Part shown: piece by piece, positions 1 to 12,567 of the stretch | How positions within the stretch are numbered: position 1 is the stretch's first letter | Layout of the letters: every line of letters begins with the position of its first letter | Assembly (NCBI GenBank): GCA_010909165.1 | Contig: MU008173.1 | Coordinates: 248,001 to 312,000 of the forward strand | DNA: 64,000 nt | Direction of reading: 5' to 3' | Origin: Anthoceros angustus | Lineage: Eukaryota; Plantae; Anthocerotophyta | Made by a program: the position numbers and the translations under genes | Notes under the pieces: generated by a model | Seen by the model: the letters and a program-made list of their open reading frames with translations, nothing else | Database searches by the model: none | Told to the model about the DNA's origin: nothing

Positions 1-2549
1 CTTCAATGAGTATTGTCGGCGCCGATGGCGACCACTCCCTCCCTAGCGTATGTTTGTTGCAATTGTTACGACGATTATTCTGATCACGCCGATAGTGATC
101 GCGGGACGCCTCGCCATGGCTTCCGCCTCCTGGCCACCTTCACCGAGCCTCCAAATTGGCTCGTCCACTGGCCGCCCGCCAGTCCCGCCGCCTGGCCTCG
201 CTTGCGCCTGCCTCCGCTGGCCCCGCCCGCAGAGGTCCTCACTGGCGCCTCCTTAGCTCGCTCACCGCCTCCTCCATGAAGGAATTTAGTCCGCCCCTGC
301 GGATGGACCAGACCTCCTCTCGCCTCCCGCGCTTCCTCAATCCGGCCGAGAGCTCGGCCTTCCTTCGCCTCCCGGCCCCTCCAACCGCCTCCCGGAGGAG
401 TACCATGCGCCCGGTGGCTTTCACCTCGGGTCTTCTGGCCCATCGCAGAGACCCCAGCATACTGGCCCATGACGGTAGCTGTGACCCGCCGTGTTTCTTC
501 ACGGCCACCGGTGAGGCTCCCACAAAGTCCGTAGCGGAGCCGATTTCACGGTCCGCCAAGGACCTCCATACTGTCCGAGTAAGTCCGGACTGGTTCCTCG
601 ACTAATCAGACCCTTAGGTCCCGAGGCCGAGCTCCCGAGCTTCACCTCCTTGGCCCTTTGGTCATGAGCTCCTCCGCCTCTTTTCTCCCTGGGCCTTGAG
701 GAGGTGAGGGAGTCCGGAGCAAGTTTTTGCCCCTTCCTGCCGGGCCACAGACGGCCCGTGCCGCCGCTGTCCTCTCGCCTCGGGCCCCTCTCTCGCCTCC
801 ACCGCTTTCCGCTTGCCACCTGTAAGGCAAGGTACCTGCACTGCACCGAGGTGCCGCCAGGTAGCCGTGGTCTTGCGCTCTTCGCTCCCTCGTCCGGGCC
901 CCTCACCGTGGTTGTGGCCGGTGGCGGGCCGGGCCTGGGCCGCCTCGCCGGACTGGCCGCCCGGCTATGCACTGTGAGGAGGGAAGCGGAATTTCTTCCC
1001 ATACTGGGTGGTGAGGGGTCCGCTCTGCACGTATGGAGTCCGGAATCCTCCCGCCGCCCCTCCCGGTCCGCTTGGCCTCGACGATCGGCCTCCTCGCGCC
1101 TTGCCCGCCTCCACTTCCAGGGCCTCCACCTTTCCCGAGCGCCGCCAAGCCTCCTTGAGGAGCTCAAATGCCCCATACATGGATCGTGCATGGGGGATGT
1201 GATGGCGAGGGCTTCTGGCCCCGAGCTATGGGCCTCGACTAAACCGCCGAAGATGATCCTTCCCAGCCCCGCCTTCTTCCTCGGCCGCAACGATGCGTGA
1301 ATACCAGATTATCACCAAGGTGATCCACCTTGGTGAGTAGGTTCCAATGGACAATGATCCGGCTACCGCCTTACTCGACCGCCCAATGCCTGGATATCGC
1401 CCAAATCACAGGGTCCGCCCCTGTGCCTCAAAGATCGCTGGCCGTGGGTCGGCCCTATCTTCCTTCGCCTTGAGGGCCCGCACCACTCCCCTTCTTCCTC
1501 CTTTGGCTAGGTCAGACCTCCTCCAAGGTCCATCGCCTTGGTCCTCCCGAGGTTCTTGACCGCACCTCCTTATTGACCGCCGCCAAGATTTTCCGAACTC
1601 CGACTGAGTGACATCAACGCTGCATATCCGAACGCATCCAAATGCCACTCCCCGCACCAATCTCCCTCGCCCGGCCCAAAGTCCGGATAGCGCCGAGTCA
1701 CAATGTTGCGCCCACGAGGTTCCATGGCTCCCAAACTTCCATGAGCTTTTGGGTGCCATCGCCTTCTCCTCCCTTGCTGCCGAGCCGCTTGTGAGACCGC
1801 CGGCACGCGCTTCGCCGCTGTCACCGCCCAACCTCAACGTGAGCCGCCAAGACGCTCGAAAGGCCCAACGAGATACCGCCAGAGAGCCGATGGAGCGCAA
1901 GAGATCGCGAATTGTCTCGAGGCCAGCAGTTGAATGACCTTCTTCGCCACGGAGTAATCAAGTGGAAGGCCCGCCCAGTAATCGAGGTCCGCATGGCTTA
2001 TTCGACCTTACGCCCGCTACTCGCCTTACGCCGCTGCACTGCCTTTTACGCCGCCAAGGCAGCCCGCGGGCGCGTGAATACCGCATAACGGCCTCGCAAG
2101 GTTACGGTCCCGGGCCAACCGCATGCCCGCCCCTCCACCTGTGGTCGCCCACGTGGCCGCAGTCCATCCTCACTACCAACTTAAGTTATTTCGGCGATTT
2201 ATCCCTGCCTCGGTCTGGAGTGGGTCCGACTTATCCTGCTCTCGCCGCCATAGTAGGTCCGACGCTCACTCGAGTCCGGAGTTGCTATCCGTGGCTTATT
2301 CCCCCTTTTCGCCTATTTTATCCTTCGCCTCCTACAAAAAAACAAAACCCTACCTATTTCCTAACCCCCCAAGGGAAGTCCGTAGTCCACAATATCCAAC
2401 CAGTGTAAGTGCCTCCCCATCATAAGCTCTCTTGGTATAATGAATTCCATGGCCACTTGTCCCCTTAAGATACCTTAAGATTCGCTTCACAAATGATCAG
2501 GTGCTCTCAGCTCTCGTAAATCGAGACACCATATACTAACCTGGCAAAG

Positions 2550-3530
2550 TTACATCAAAGTCTCCGTGATTCGGAAAGAAATAAGGATCCAAATTGCATA
2601 AGGAACAAGACTCATCTCTGCATTGTCTTGATCTGTCTTAGGAGATTGATCAACCGAGAGCTTACAACCCGTCTCCAGTGGGGTAAGAGCTGGCTTAGCC
2701 TCAATCAATTTGTACTTGAACAGCATATCATGAATATACTTTTCTTGATGAATCAAGAGGGTACCACTAACAGGATCTCGTTGAAGCTGGGTTCCCAAGC
2801 AATAAGACAGCTCGCCGACATTCACCATATCAAAACGACCAGAAAGGAGGCCCTTCACTTTGGTAATCCCTTCCAGGTCGTTTCCCAGCAAAACACAGTC
2901 ATCAACATAGAGTGCTAATATAACGAACTCTGTTGACTCTTGCAGAAGATACACATTCGTATCAGCAGTACTCTTCTTAAAGCCAAGACCAAGTAAGAAC
3001 TCATCCATGCACTCGTACCAAGCACAAGGACTCTGTTTCAAGCCATATATAGTTTTCAGGAGCTTGCAGACCCAGTCTTCTTTGCCTTGTAGCTCGTAAC
3101 CCTCAGGTTGCTGCATAAATATCTCCTCATCCAACTTACCATATAAGAATGCTGTCTTAACGTCCATCTGATGGATGAACAGGGAGAAAAAGGCAGACAA
3201 CGAAAACAGCACCCGCAAGGACTGAGATTTGACCACAGGGGAAAAGGTATCATGATAGTCAAGGCCGGGAACTTGGGAGAACCCACAAGCCACTAAACGA
3301 GCTTTGTACCTGGCGATGCTCCCGTCCGCCTTATACTTCAACTTGAAGACCCACTTCGAGGTGACAATCTTCCTCCCCTCAGGCGGAGGGCAGAGCTCCC
3401 AAGTATTATTGTGAATAAGGGAACGGTATTTAGATTGAATTGCAGCCTGCCAGAGTGCAGCTTCAGGCCCAGTAGTGGCTTCTGTATATGTTTGTGGCTC
3501 ATAACCAGGATTGACAGCGAGATTGGCCAC
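2550..3530 (-). pseudogene. copia reverse transcriptase (truncated)
   Basis: ORF motifs KWVFKLK, RYKARLVACGFSQVPGLDY, HQMDVKTAFLYG, YGLKQ, LYVDD. Confidence 0.95.
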
Positions 3531-3557
3531 ATCAATAACAACTTCACCAGCTTCGTT

Positions 3558-5570
3558 GAGGTAGAGGTCAAGCGTCCTTCTTAGGCCACAGCTCTAATTC
3601 CTCAACTGGTCCAAAGCCTAGAGTCTGCAACTACTGCCATAAACCCGGCCATTGGATCAAAGATTGCAGAAAGCGAATCAAGGATGAATCGATAAAAGGG
3701 AAACATCCTGTAGAAACAAACACAGCCAGAGCTTCCACTCCTGGGCTGTTGGTGACATGTTTGACTTCCTCAGCAAATGACTGTCAGAAGTGGTTTCTGG
3801 ACAGTGGAGCATCAAACCATATGTGTTCCCGACGGAAGTCTTTCCTTACCTATGAAGTCTCCTCTTATAACAGCACTGTTATGTTAGGTGATAACTCTAC
3901 ATTACCTATCAAGGGCACATGAACTATTCAAGTCACGTTGAAAGATGGCAGCTACTTGCTTTTAGAGAACGCATTATATGTACCAGCTCTTGCAAAGAAT
4001 CTGGTTAGTACGATGGCTTTGGGTAAAACTAATCAGTTCAGAATTACCTTTGAAGGTGTTGAGTGCATCATATCGAGATTGACAGCTCCGTCCGTTCCTA
4101 GTGCGAGAGGCTTGCCTCTTCATGATCTGTATCTTCTGGACTTTGTTTTTGATGTTCCTCCTGCAATAGTTAATGTCACAGAGGCTACAAAAGCATCCAA
4201 CAATGCATTCCAGTGGCACTGTCAACTCGGCCACCCCAATATACAAGCTATGAGGAGACTGCTGCGTGAGCGAATGGTAACAGGCTTCACTGAAACTGAA
4301 TTGCCTGACCTTGACTTATGTGTGGCCTGCGTGCATGGAAAACAATTCAAGTCCCACTTTGGCAGTGGGAAGCCACGTAAGGCCACAGAGATTCTGGACT
4401 TAATCCACACTGATATATGTGGACCTATGTCCATACCTTCGTGGGGAGGAGCTCGCTACTTTGTGGTGTTTGAAGATGACAGATCTCACTTTACTGTCAC
4501 CGAGCTTCTTCGCCAGAAAAGCCAAGTTTTTGATAGCTTCAAGCGCTACCTAGCATATGCTGAGAGACAGAAAGGCCTCAAGTTAAAATGCATCCGATCT
4601 GACAATGGAAAAGAATATCTATCTACAGCTTTCCAAGAGTATTGTCAGGAGAGGGGGATAACAAGACAGCTTACTATACCGTATCATTCTGACATGAATG
4701 GCCGTGCAGAGCGAAGACACAGGACCATCCAAGACGCTGCTCGAGCCCTTCTGTTCCAGGGGAGGCTTCCTATCCGCTTCTGGGCAGAAGCTGTTCAAAT
4801 GGCAACTTATCTTCAGAATAGAACGGCAGTTTCATCTCTCCATGGTTGTACTCCCTTTGAAGCATGGACAGGTTCACAACCAGATTTGTCCCATCTTAGA
4901 GTTTTTGGTAGTACAGCCTATGCCCATATTCCAGATAAGTTGCGTCAGAAGTTTGCGTTTAAGTCCAAGAGACATATCTTTATCGGGTACACTGCAGGAA
5001 TTCATGGTTATAAGCTATTCGAACCTATCAGTCGTCGAGTTGTACATGCACGTACCGTTGTTTTTGATGAGAGTCTAGTCCTCAAACCTCCTACACATTC
5101 CTTTGACGACTTTCTAGACCCTGATATTGTTGAGTTAGATAAACCAGTTCAAGAGGTAGCCACTGATATACGTGATTCTGATGTTGTTCACTTTCCTGAT
5201 TCAGATCCCTCCTTTCTGGAGCTTGATCCTCATCTGTCTGCATCTCCCCTTGTGCCACCTTTGCCTCCAGGTGATGTTGAGCCTGATTTGCCACCTCCTG
5301 TTCCTCCTGACCCACCTGATCCCCCTAATTCCGGTGAGCCTCCGGATGATTTTGTTGAGTTTGCGACTGCATCCTGCTGCTCTGTGGTTCCCGCCTCATC
5401 TCGCATCCAGTTGGTTTGTTGATTGCTGAGTGTCATACCCATACCACCACTGGCCTCGTCGTTCCTCCAGAGCAGGACCCCCGGATCAGCGTGAGCCTCC
5501 TTATCAGAGTGAAGACTTTCGGCCGTCGAAAGTTCCTCGGCCCCATGGTTCAAATAGCCTCCTCTATCTC
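3558..5570 (+). pseudogene. inverted copia segment: zinc knuckle, protease, GAG-pre-integrase, integrase, linker
   Basis: + strand reads CNYCHKPGHWIKDC (CCHC knuckle) and WFLDSGASNH (protease). ORF 3938-5422 has WHCQLGH, LIHTDICGP, IRSDNGKEY, NGRAERRHRT. Flanking gag and RT are on the - strand. Confidence 0.93.
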
Positions 5571-6322
5571 TACCACGGAAACGACCACGACCTCTACCAC
5601 GACCTGAGAAAAGGGCGGTATCACTCTGTTTATATGAGGTTGAGGAACCCCCTTTATACATAAATTTACGGTTGGCTTCCGCTTGTAATAAGGCTCCAAC
5701 AAGTTTCTGGACAGTAAGGTTAGTGGTCGCTGGTTGTGTTGCAGTAGCAGGCGTGACACTTGCGGATGCTTGTTGACTAGAACTCCACTGCTCATAACTA
5801 GGAGGCAGGGATGCTAACAACTGAATTGCTGCTCTGGACTCTGACAGGATGACTCCACATGACGCAAGTTTGGCTCTAGCGGCCCTAAACTTTGCTACAT
5901 GACTCTCTACAGAATCTGATTCTTTCATGCGGAGATTTTGGAAGGCTACTGTTGCTGCAACCTCTGTCATGATATCCTTGGACTCATAGGTATCTGACAA
6001 AAGTGACCAAACCTCGTTTGAAGTCTGAGTCAACTTGATATGAGGTATCATCTCTTGCGAGACTGATGCAACCAGTATGGTTCTGGCCTTCCTATCTTTA
6101 AACTTCCACTCAAGTTCATCCTTCATTGTCCATTGAATACTTGAACCTCCGGCGTTGCTTGCAGTAGTCTTGACCAGCAATTTTCGTGCGTACCATCGCT
6201 ATGTCCATTATGACTTCTCTTCTAAGATGCACGACCCCAAAACCTGCAGCATCGAAATTGTGAGGGGTAAGCTGGTCTTTATCCTGTAACCTATCGGACC
6301 CCGAGTCTTGTTGCCCGGACAT
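5571..6322 (-). pseudogene. copia gag (UBN2-type)
   Basis: DRKARTILVASVS, LRMKESDSVESHVAKF, LLASLPPSYE and RG-rich tail; frameshifted near the N-terminus. Confidence 0.88.
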
Positions 6323-6982
6323 GATGCCTACACACCCATGGAGTTTTCAGAAAGATGCACTCAGGCGAGCAATCTGCTCCCTGAGAATTCCTAATTCCTT
6401 GGTGTGATTTGTAACATCTGATTCTAGTTTGGCCATAGTTATCAAATCAGAAATACGAAGCTTCTCATGGCGTTCCTATCTGGAATGAACATTATCAACC
6501 CAATGAGTGAAATCTTGTACTGTACTCTTTACATTGAGGATGGAGTTCACAAGAACGTCATGTTTGGAGAATGCCTCAGGATAAGACTTTGATTCCTTGT
6601 CAATTGGCGTAACTGAAGTTGGTTGCCGCCTAACCGAAACGTGTTCTGATGCACGTGTGTTTGATGCTAAAGCTTGTGAATTTAGAAACGACCTCAGGAA
6701 TCGGGCCCGGTCAGCACGCTCAGCAGAAGATGCAGATTTCTTGAAGTACAATTCCTCAAACTCAACCTCAAAGCTGAAGGGGTGAGTCGACTCCACAAGT
6801 CTCTCCTTTCCCTTGCCCGATTCTGGCCAAGATTGCCTGCAGAAACTTCTGCGAGGCATTGTCTCTATGAATTTAGAATAAGCGGGTATCTTGGGAAGAA
6901 GACCCGTCCATCTTGAATATCTCAAGCCAGCATACACAATATAACATAGAATATAATAGCAGCTAGGTACAGAGATCTTGCT

Positions 6983-6994
6983 GCTCTGATACCA
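6983..6994 (-). promoter_or_regulatory. primer binding site (tRNAiMet)
   Basis: + strand GCTCTGATACCA = TGGTATCAGAGC on -, directly abutting the LTR end. Confidence 0.9.
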
Positions 6995-7321
6995 TGTTCC
7001 GTTTACTGATGTATGCCAGAACGATCATGGACAACGTGCACGTTCTAGCCATACACAAAAGATGTTTATTACAAGAAAAACAAGCACATAAGCGCTAGCA
7101 CAAAAACGGTTATTGTAACCACCCATTAACACGTCTAGGGTTTTCACAACCCCTGGTATATTCTAATGTTAAATAAATAAGCACATGATTTCCAACAACC
7201 TCTGAGAGGGTCATCACTTCTCCTAGGTTTAGCTTCTTGGCCTGGATGGATTGCTTGATGAGACCGTTCTTCGTCGAGATGAACGTGCACCAGCTTGAGG
7301 GAAGAGTCATCAGGAGGGATA

Positions 7322-8040
7322 CACTACTAGGAAAACGGGTCTTTTACAACGGAAATTACAACGGCAATTACTACGACTTTACGTCGTCCGTTGTAAAACC
7401 CTCGTAGTAAACACACCTTAGGAATATCCGTAGTAAATATTCATACTAATTATACGATGGCTATACCCTGTATTATATACGATATTGTCCTGGTATACGT
7501 TGTACGACTTAACTGGGTGGTCCGTATAGTGGTTAACCTTTACAGCAGACGCCTTTACTACGGACAATACTACGATGCACTTACAACGGGTTTTACAACT
7601 TCACTAACCATGGTTAATATATTATAGTTAAGTAATCAAGGTTACTTGACTATAGTTTACTAACTAGGATTAAGTAACTGTTGTTACATGACCCCATATT
7701 AATTGGTGTTAAGTAACCACGGTTAATTAAACTCAATGTCTCTATAAAGAGCCGCACCTTGTTGTAAATGTCCGTTGTCAAGTGCGTCCCTTTACAATGG
7801 ACTTTTAAACCTCGATGTAAAGGGGTTGTAAATGTGTTAAACCTTTACAACGACCCCTGTAAAGGAACCCATTGTAAAGGGTTCGTAGTAAAGATATCCC
7901 TTTACAACGACCCTTGTAATGGAACCTCGTTGTAAAGTAATGGGTTTAGGATTAGTGTCCTTGTAAAAGTGTTGTGTGTGAACTAAAACCAATTCGATGT
8001 AAATCTCGGAGGTCTCTGTATAAACATCCACCTACAGCAC
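7322..8040 (-). mobile_element. CACTA terminus (TIR CACTACTAGGAAAACG) plus subterminal TTTAC(A/T)ACG repeat array of CACTA element 1
   Basis: CACTACTAGGAAAA at 7322 followed by dozens of TTACAAC/TTACTAC motifs in both orientations. The first ~35 bp nearly match the reverse complement of the end at 34642. The partner end was not confidently located. Confidence 0.88.
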
Positions 8041-10095
8041 CCAAAACGTCACCTACAACCCCACTAGGACCAACCCCACAATCACGCATACAAATCTAAT
8101 CGCAAGAAGGTAAACCATTTCCGAATTGTTTGGGAGAAGACAGCGCAACATGGCCTACATCCTACAATTCACCGAATTCACGTCCTTGGCCTCCACCACA
8201 AAGAGCCTCTCAAGACAGAGTCCATCGGGAAGACATCCCATCACGATATCCACAAACAATTGCTGCATTCGGCTACAAAATGTTTGACTGGATGTAGGAG
8301 TCGAATAACCTGAGCTAAGAAGTTGCTTCCTTAGCCTTCCTTGCAACGGTTTGGGGAAGAAGGTGCTCCACCATGAACCCTTCATCACGGACCTTCTTAT
8401 GCAAGATTGCTTCCATCACCTTTTCATCACATTCCCCACTGTCGTATCCTGCCTCATGCAGAAGGTTCCAGACATTGACGGCTGTATCCAGCTTCCCGTC
8501 ACAGTCTTTTTGAGGACCCAAAGATGGAGCTGCAGTTTCACTTTCCTTCCAATAAGCTCTAAGCTTTGTCAGCCAGTTTCCATGCCTAGAACCCACATAC
8601 TTAATCTCTTCAAAGGTGGCGTGTCTATCAAACTTGGCTTTGAACCTGTCCATGAACTGCTTTTGCCCTCCAAACCCAAAGCATGAATATGGCTTATCAT
8701 TCATTTTCCTCAGAAGGCGAGCTTCACTTAGGAGCAATGACACCGCCTAGCTTGTCCTTCTCTTGTTTCAATAGAACATCCCAATACTCGCTTTAAGGCT
8801 CTTAGGCGTGTACTTGACGCAAGCTTTCTTGCCCTTCAAGAAATGCCTAGCCTCCTTCCTCAAGTTGTTCTTCCAATGCCTCAGAGCCACTATCCGAGCC
8901 ACAACACGTTGAAACGTCCATGGACCGATATGGTCTCTATAAAGAGCCGTACCTTGTTGTAAATGTCCGTTGTCAAGGTGCGGTCCCTTTACAACGGACT
9001 TTTAAACCTCGATGTAAAGGGTCGTTGTAAATGTGTTAAACCTTACAAACTGCTAAAGGAACCCAGTTGTAAAGGGTTCGTAGTAAAGAGCTATCCCTTT
9101 ACAACGACCGTTGTAATGGAACCTCGTTGTAAAGTAATGGGTTTAGGATTAGTCCGTTGTAAAAGTGTTGTGTGTGAACTAAAACCATTCGATGTAAATC
9201 TACGGAGGTCTCGTATAAACATCCACCTAGCACCCAAAACGCGTCACCTACAACCCCACTAGGACCACGCCCACAATCACGCATACAAATCTAATCGCAA
9301 GAAGGTAAACCATTTCCGAATTGTTTGGGAGAAGAGAGCTCGCAACATGGCCTACATCCTACAATTCACCGAATTCACGTCCTTGGCCTCCACCACACGA
9401 GCCTAAGGTGCTCAAGACAGAGTCCATGGAAGACATCCCATCACGATATCAAGACAAACAATTGCACATTCGGCTACAAAATGTTTGATGGATGTAGGAG
9501 TCGAATAACGAGCTAAGAAGTTGCTTCCTTAGCCTTCCTTGCAACGGTTCGGGAAGAAGGTGCTCCACCATGAACCCTTCATCACGGACCTTCTTATGCA
9601 AGATTGCTTCCATCACCTTTTCATCACATTCCCCATCGTATCCTCCTCATGAGAGGTTCCAGACATTGACTGTATCCACTTCCCGTCTGCCTTTTGAGGA
9701 CCCAAAGATGGAGCTGCATTCACTTTCCTTCCAATAAGCTCTAAGCTTTGTCGCCCGCCATGCCCGAACCCACATACTTAATCTCTTCAAAGGTGGCTGT
9801 CTATCAAACTTGGCTTTGAACTCGTCCATGAACCGCTTTTGCCCTCCAAACCCAAAGCATGAATATGGCTTATCATTTTTCCTCGTAAGGCGCGAGCCTG
9901 CTAGGAGCAATGACACTAGCTTGTCCTTCTCTTGTTTCAATAGAACATCCCAATACTCGCTTTAAGGCTCTTAGGCGTACTTGACGCAAGCTTTCTTGCC
10001 CTTCAAGAAATGCCTAGCCTCCTTCCTCAAGTTGTTCTTCCAATGCCTCGAGCCACTATCCGAGCCACAACACGTTGAAACGTCCATGGACCGAG
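7740..10095. repeat. tandem duplication, ~1.2-kb unit, second copy indel-rich
   Basis: CTCTATAAAGAGCCG at ~7740 and ~8935, followed by collinear near-identical sequence. Confidence 0.9.
8050..8930 (-). pseudogene. CACTA-family internal ORF remnant of unknown function
   Basis: WKNNLRKEARHFL...YSCFGFGG...VNVWNLLHEAGYDSGECDEKVMEAIL aligns by eye with 33070-33570(+) WRNNVRKEARYFL...YACFGYGG...INVWTLLKDAGYSIKECDEKVMEAIL. Confidence 0.6.
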
Positions 10096-12567
10096 ATATC
10101 CGCTAATTGCTTTCCACAAGAAGGACATCAACATCGAATGTTCCTGAAATCGCCAACAAAGGTTGCAAATGACGAATGAAGTGCACCCGATCCTTCATTG
10201 GAAACCAAGATGGCGAGTCTCGAGAATATAACCCGCATAGCCGAAAAAGCATGATCGATGGATATGAATAGGGCAATCGAAAAATAAGGCCTGGACATCT
10301 AAACCTAAGGACTTTCAGCTGAAATACTGCACAGGCTTGATTTACAGTCCGAGCTACAACTGCTTGTAGCTTAGACCTCGAATTGCCACAAGACTACTCG
10401 AAAAATAAGAAACCGCTCCACGCTTATTCATGCAAATGAGAAAGGAGAACCTCATGTCAGTAAGTCCCAAATCCTCTTCGTTTTCTACCTTTTGTTGCCC
10501 ATCATCAAAACACGCTGGAATTTCAATACCATCCCCAACATGGGCATCAACGGGAGATGCCCAAATTGTGGACATGCTCTTGCCCTCTTGTCGGTGCATC
10601 CTCGTCCTCTCACAGTGGGATGAACGGGATCCTTGGGGTGCTCGGACCACAACGCCTCGATCCTAGCTTGACGTCCCGCTAGCAATCTCACCTTGGGTTT
10701 AGGGGAGCACAAGCATTTCCTCCGAATTATCACTCGAGACTTCCCTCCTAGTGCTTTTTTGAGGAGTGCATGTCCCGCCTTGCTAGCATGCGGACACATT
10801 TGTAACCTCCAATCGATCATCGTAAAACTGACGGCGGATCTCCTTGGCCGACCTCTTCCCAACCCGCCTCCTTGTTCCCTTCGTGGTGAGTGTGCTTTTT
10901 GTCCGAGGCTGCAAAACTCGACTTGCAATGTGTTCATCAAGCAACGCTTTGAGATTCGGCACCGCATGGCATAGACCCATCCGCATGTGTGCTCATTTGA
11001 CATCCCAAAGGGATGGTCCATGTTATCAATCGAATGGGCAATGCCCACGCATGACCCAAAGCCATCTGGTTGCTATGAGATGTCCGTCCCACCAAAGAAC
11101 CTTACATGAGCGTTAGGGTTGTTTTCATCATCAATCGCATCGAGGTATTGTGCACATTGGTTCTTGTGAAAACCGCCGAGTCTCGCTGCGCATCATCTTC
11201 CTGATGCTGGTTTGCTCGCCTCAACCTAGTCAAAACCCTCTCCCTCTGCTTTGATTTTTGGCGCTGGTGCCGCAGACACCATGCTGCTCACCTTGATGCG
11301 CTTGGACCGCCTGTCCCACCTCGAGCTGCCCTCCCAAGCCCATCCATGCCATGCCTCCAAGCTGTATTGTTGACCGCCCTTTGTTGCACCTTGCCCGCCA
11401 GCGCTGCCCGACCGTCCATCCTTCCCATGCCGAGTATGTTGAAGACCGCACGGCCTGGGTCTCACGCCTCCGTGCTTGCGCCCCAGATTTCTTCACCGTC
11501 GTCCACTTGCCTTTCGGTGTTTAGGGCCGGCCCTAAAATGGCTGACCATAGCCAAGTTCCTCGTTTACAACCACATTGGGTCCAATGCACCATCCTCGCA
11601 TCGAGCCTCGACAGCATCCCAAAGGCGCCTGCTGCTGTGTCTCGGGTCCTTCTCGCATTTTACAAGCAATCTTCTGGCTAATCACTACTAGGAAAAGTAT
11701 ACTTTACTAATTGAAGTTTACAACGGGTGCATTTTACCATGACCGTCCATTTTACTACGCCAATTGAAGGCACCTTTCAAGTCCATGTATTATTTTCAAG
11801 TATAGCCACAATTTACTAAACCTCATTCCAACTTTACTACGGGCTTGTTTTGCCAAAGAAAAGGCATGTGGCAAACAAAATGGACTTTACTACGGGCACT
11901 TGTTATTTATAACATAGCTTATGGACGTTGTTGATGGCATGTTTGTTTTACGGGACTACAATTTACTACAGACTTTCTCCATTACAACGGGTTCTTTTAC
12001 AACATGCCAATGGTATTTTACAACATCCAATAGTTTACTACACCCCTGTAGAGTTTACAACAAGACCCTTTACGGCGAGACAGTCGTTTACAACACTAAT
12101 TTAGAATGGGTTTTGATGATAAACCACGTCTTATTACCCTAAAAAGAAAAATCGTAGAGGTAAGCGTGTACATCGATTAAGGCTTGGGCTAGGCGACAGA
12201 AACGAGAACAAAGGGGCTGCGGTGGGGACATGAAAATCCTCCTTCGATCATCTCCACATCGCGTTGGCGGCTGTAGTAGACTTGCAAAAGTGTCGTTGTG
12301 CTTCAATCCAATCAGGAAGCCACAACCTAGGTGGGCGCTCTGAGGGAGCCTCAGGAGGCAATAATTTCCATGAAGCATCGCCCATCTCCATTACCCGCCT
12401 CTTGAAATCCAAGGCCTCCACAGATTGGGGCGCCGGTCCGCATCCTCATCTCGATGGGTCGCGCTGAAGCCTCCGATTCACCTGCTCCCATGTGGCGATA
12501 AATCTCTAGGCACTCCGCCCGCCATCCGGATTCGGGGCCATTTCCTCCGGACATTGGGAAGCCGTTC

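Larger units (their letters stand above)
2595..7197 (-). mobile_element. Ty1/copia LTR retrotransposon (copia-1), 3'-truncated, with internal 2-kb inversion
   Basis: Minus-strand 5' LTR ~6995-7197 (TGTTGG...CA), PBS TGGTATCAGAGC at 6983-6994, gag, zinc knuckle, protease, integrase and RT in copia order once 3558-5570 is flipped. RT stops abruptly near 2595 with no RNase H or 3' LTR seen. Confidence 0.93.

Noticed and set aside
1-1950. Many overlapping GC-rich ORFs on both strands
   Set aside because: No recognisable motif in any frame. Long ORFs are expected in GC-rich DNA. Probably decayed repeat sequence, but it cannot be assigned.
2404-2553. TGTAAG...TTACA segment resembling a short LTR, with TGGTTGGATATTG next to it on the minus strand
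   Set aside because: No second copy, no TSD, and I cannot match the putative PBS to a tRNA
10350-11680. Possible MuDR-like EHTC motif in a minus-strand ORF
   Set aside because: A single short motif without the surrounding transposase pattern
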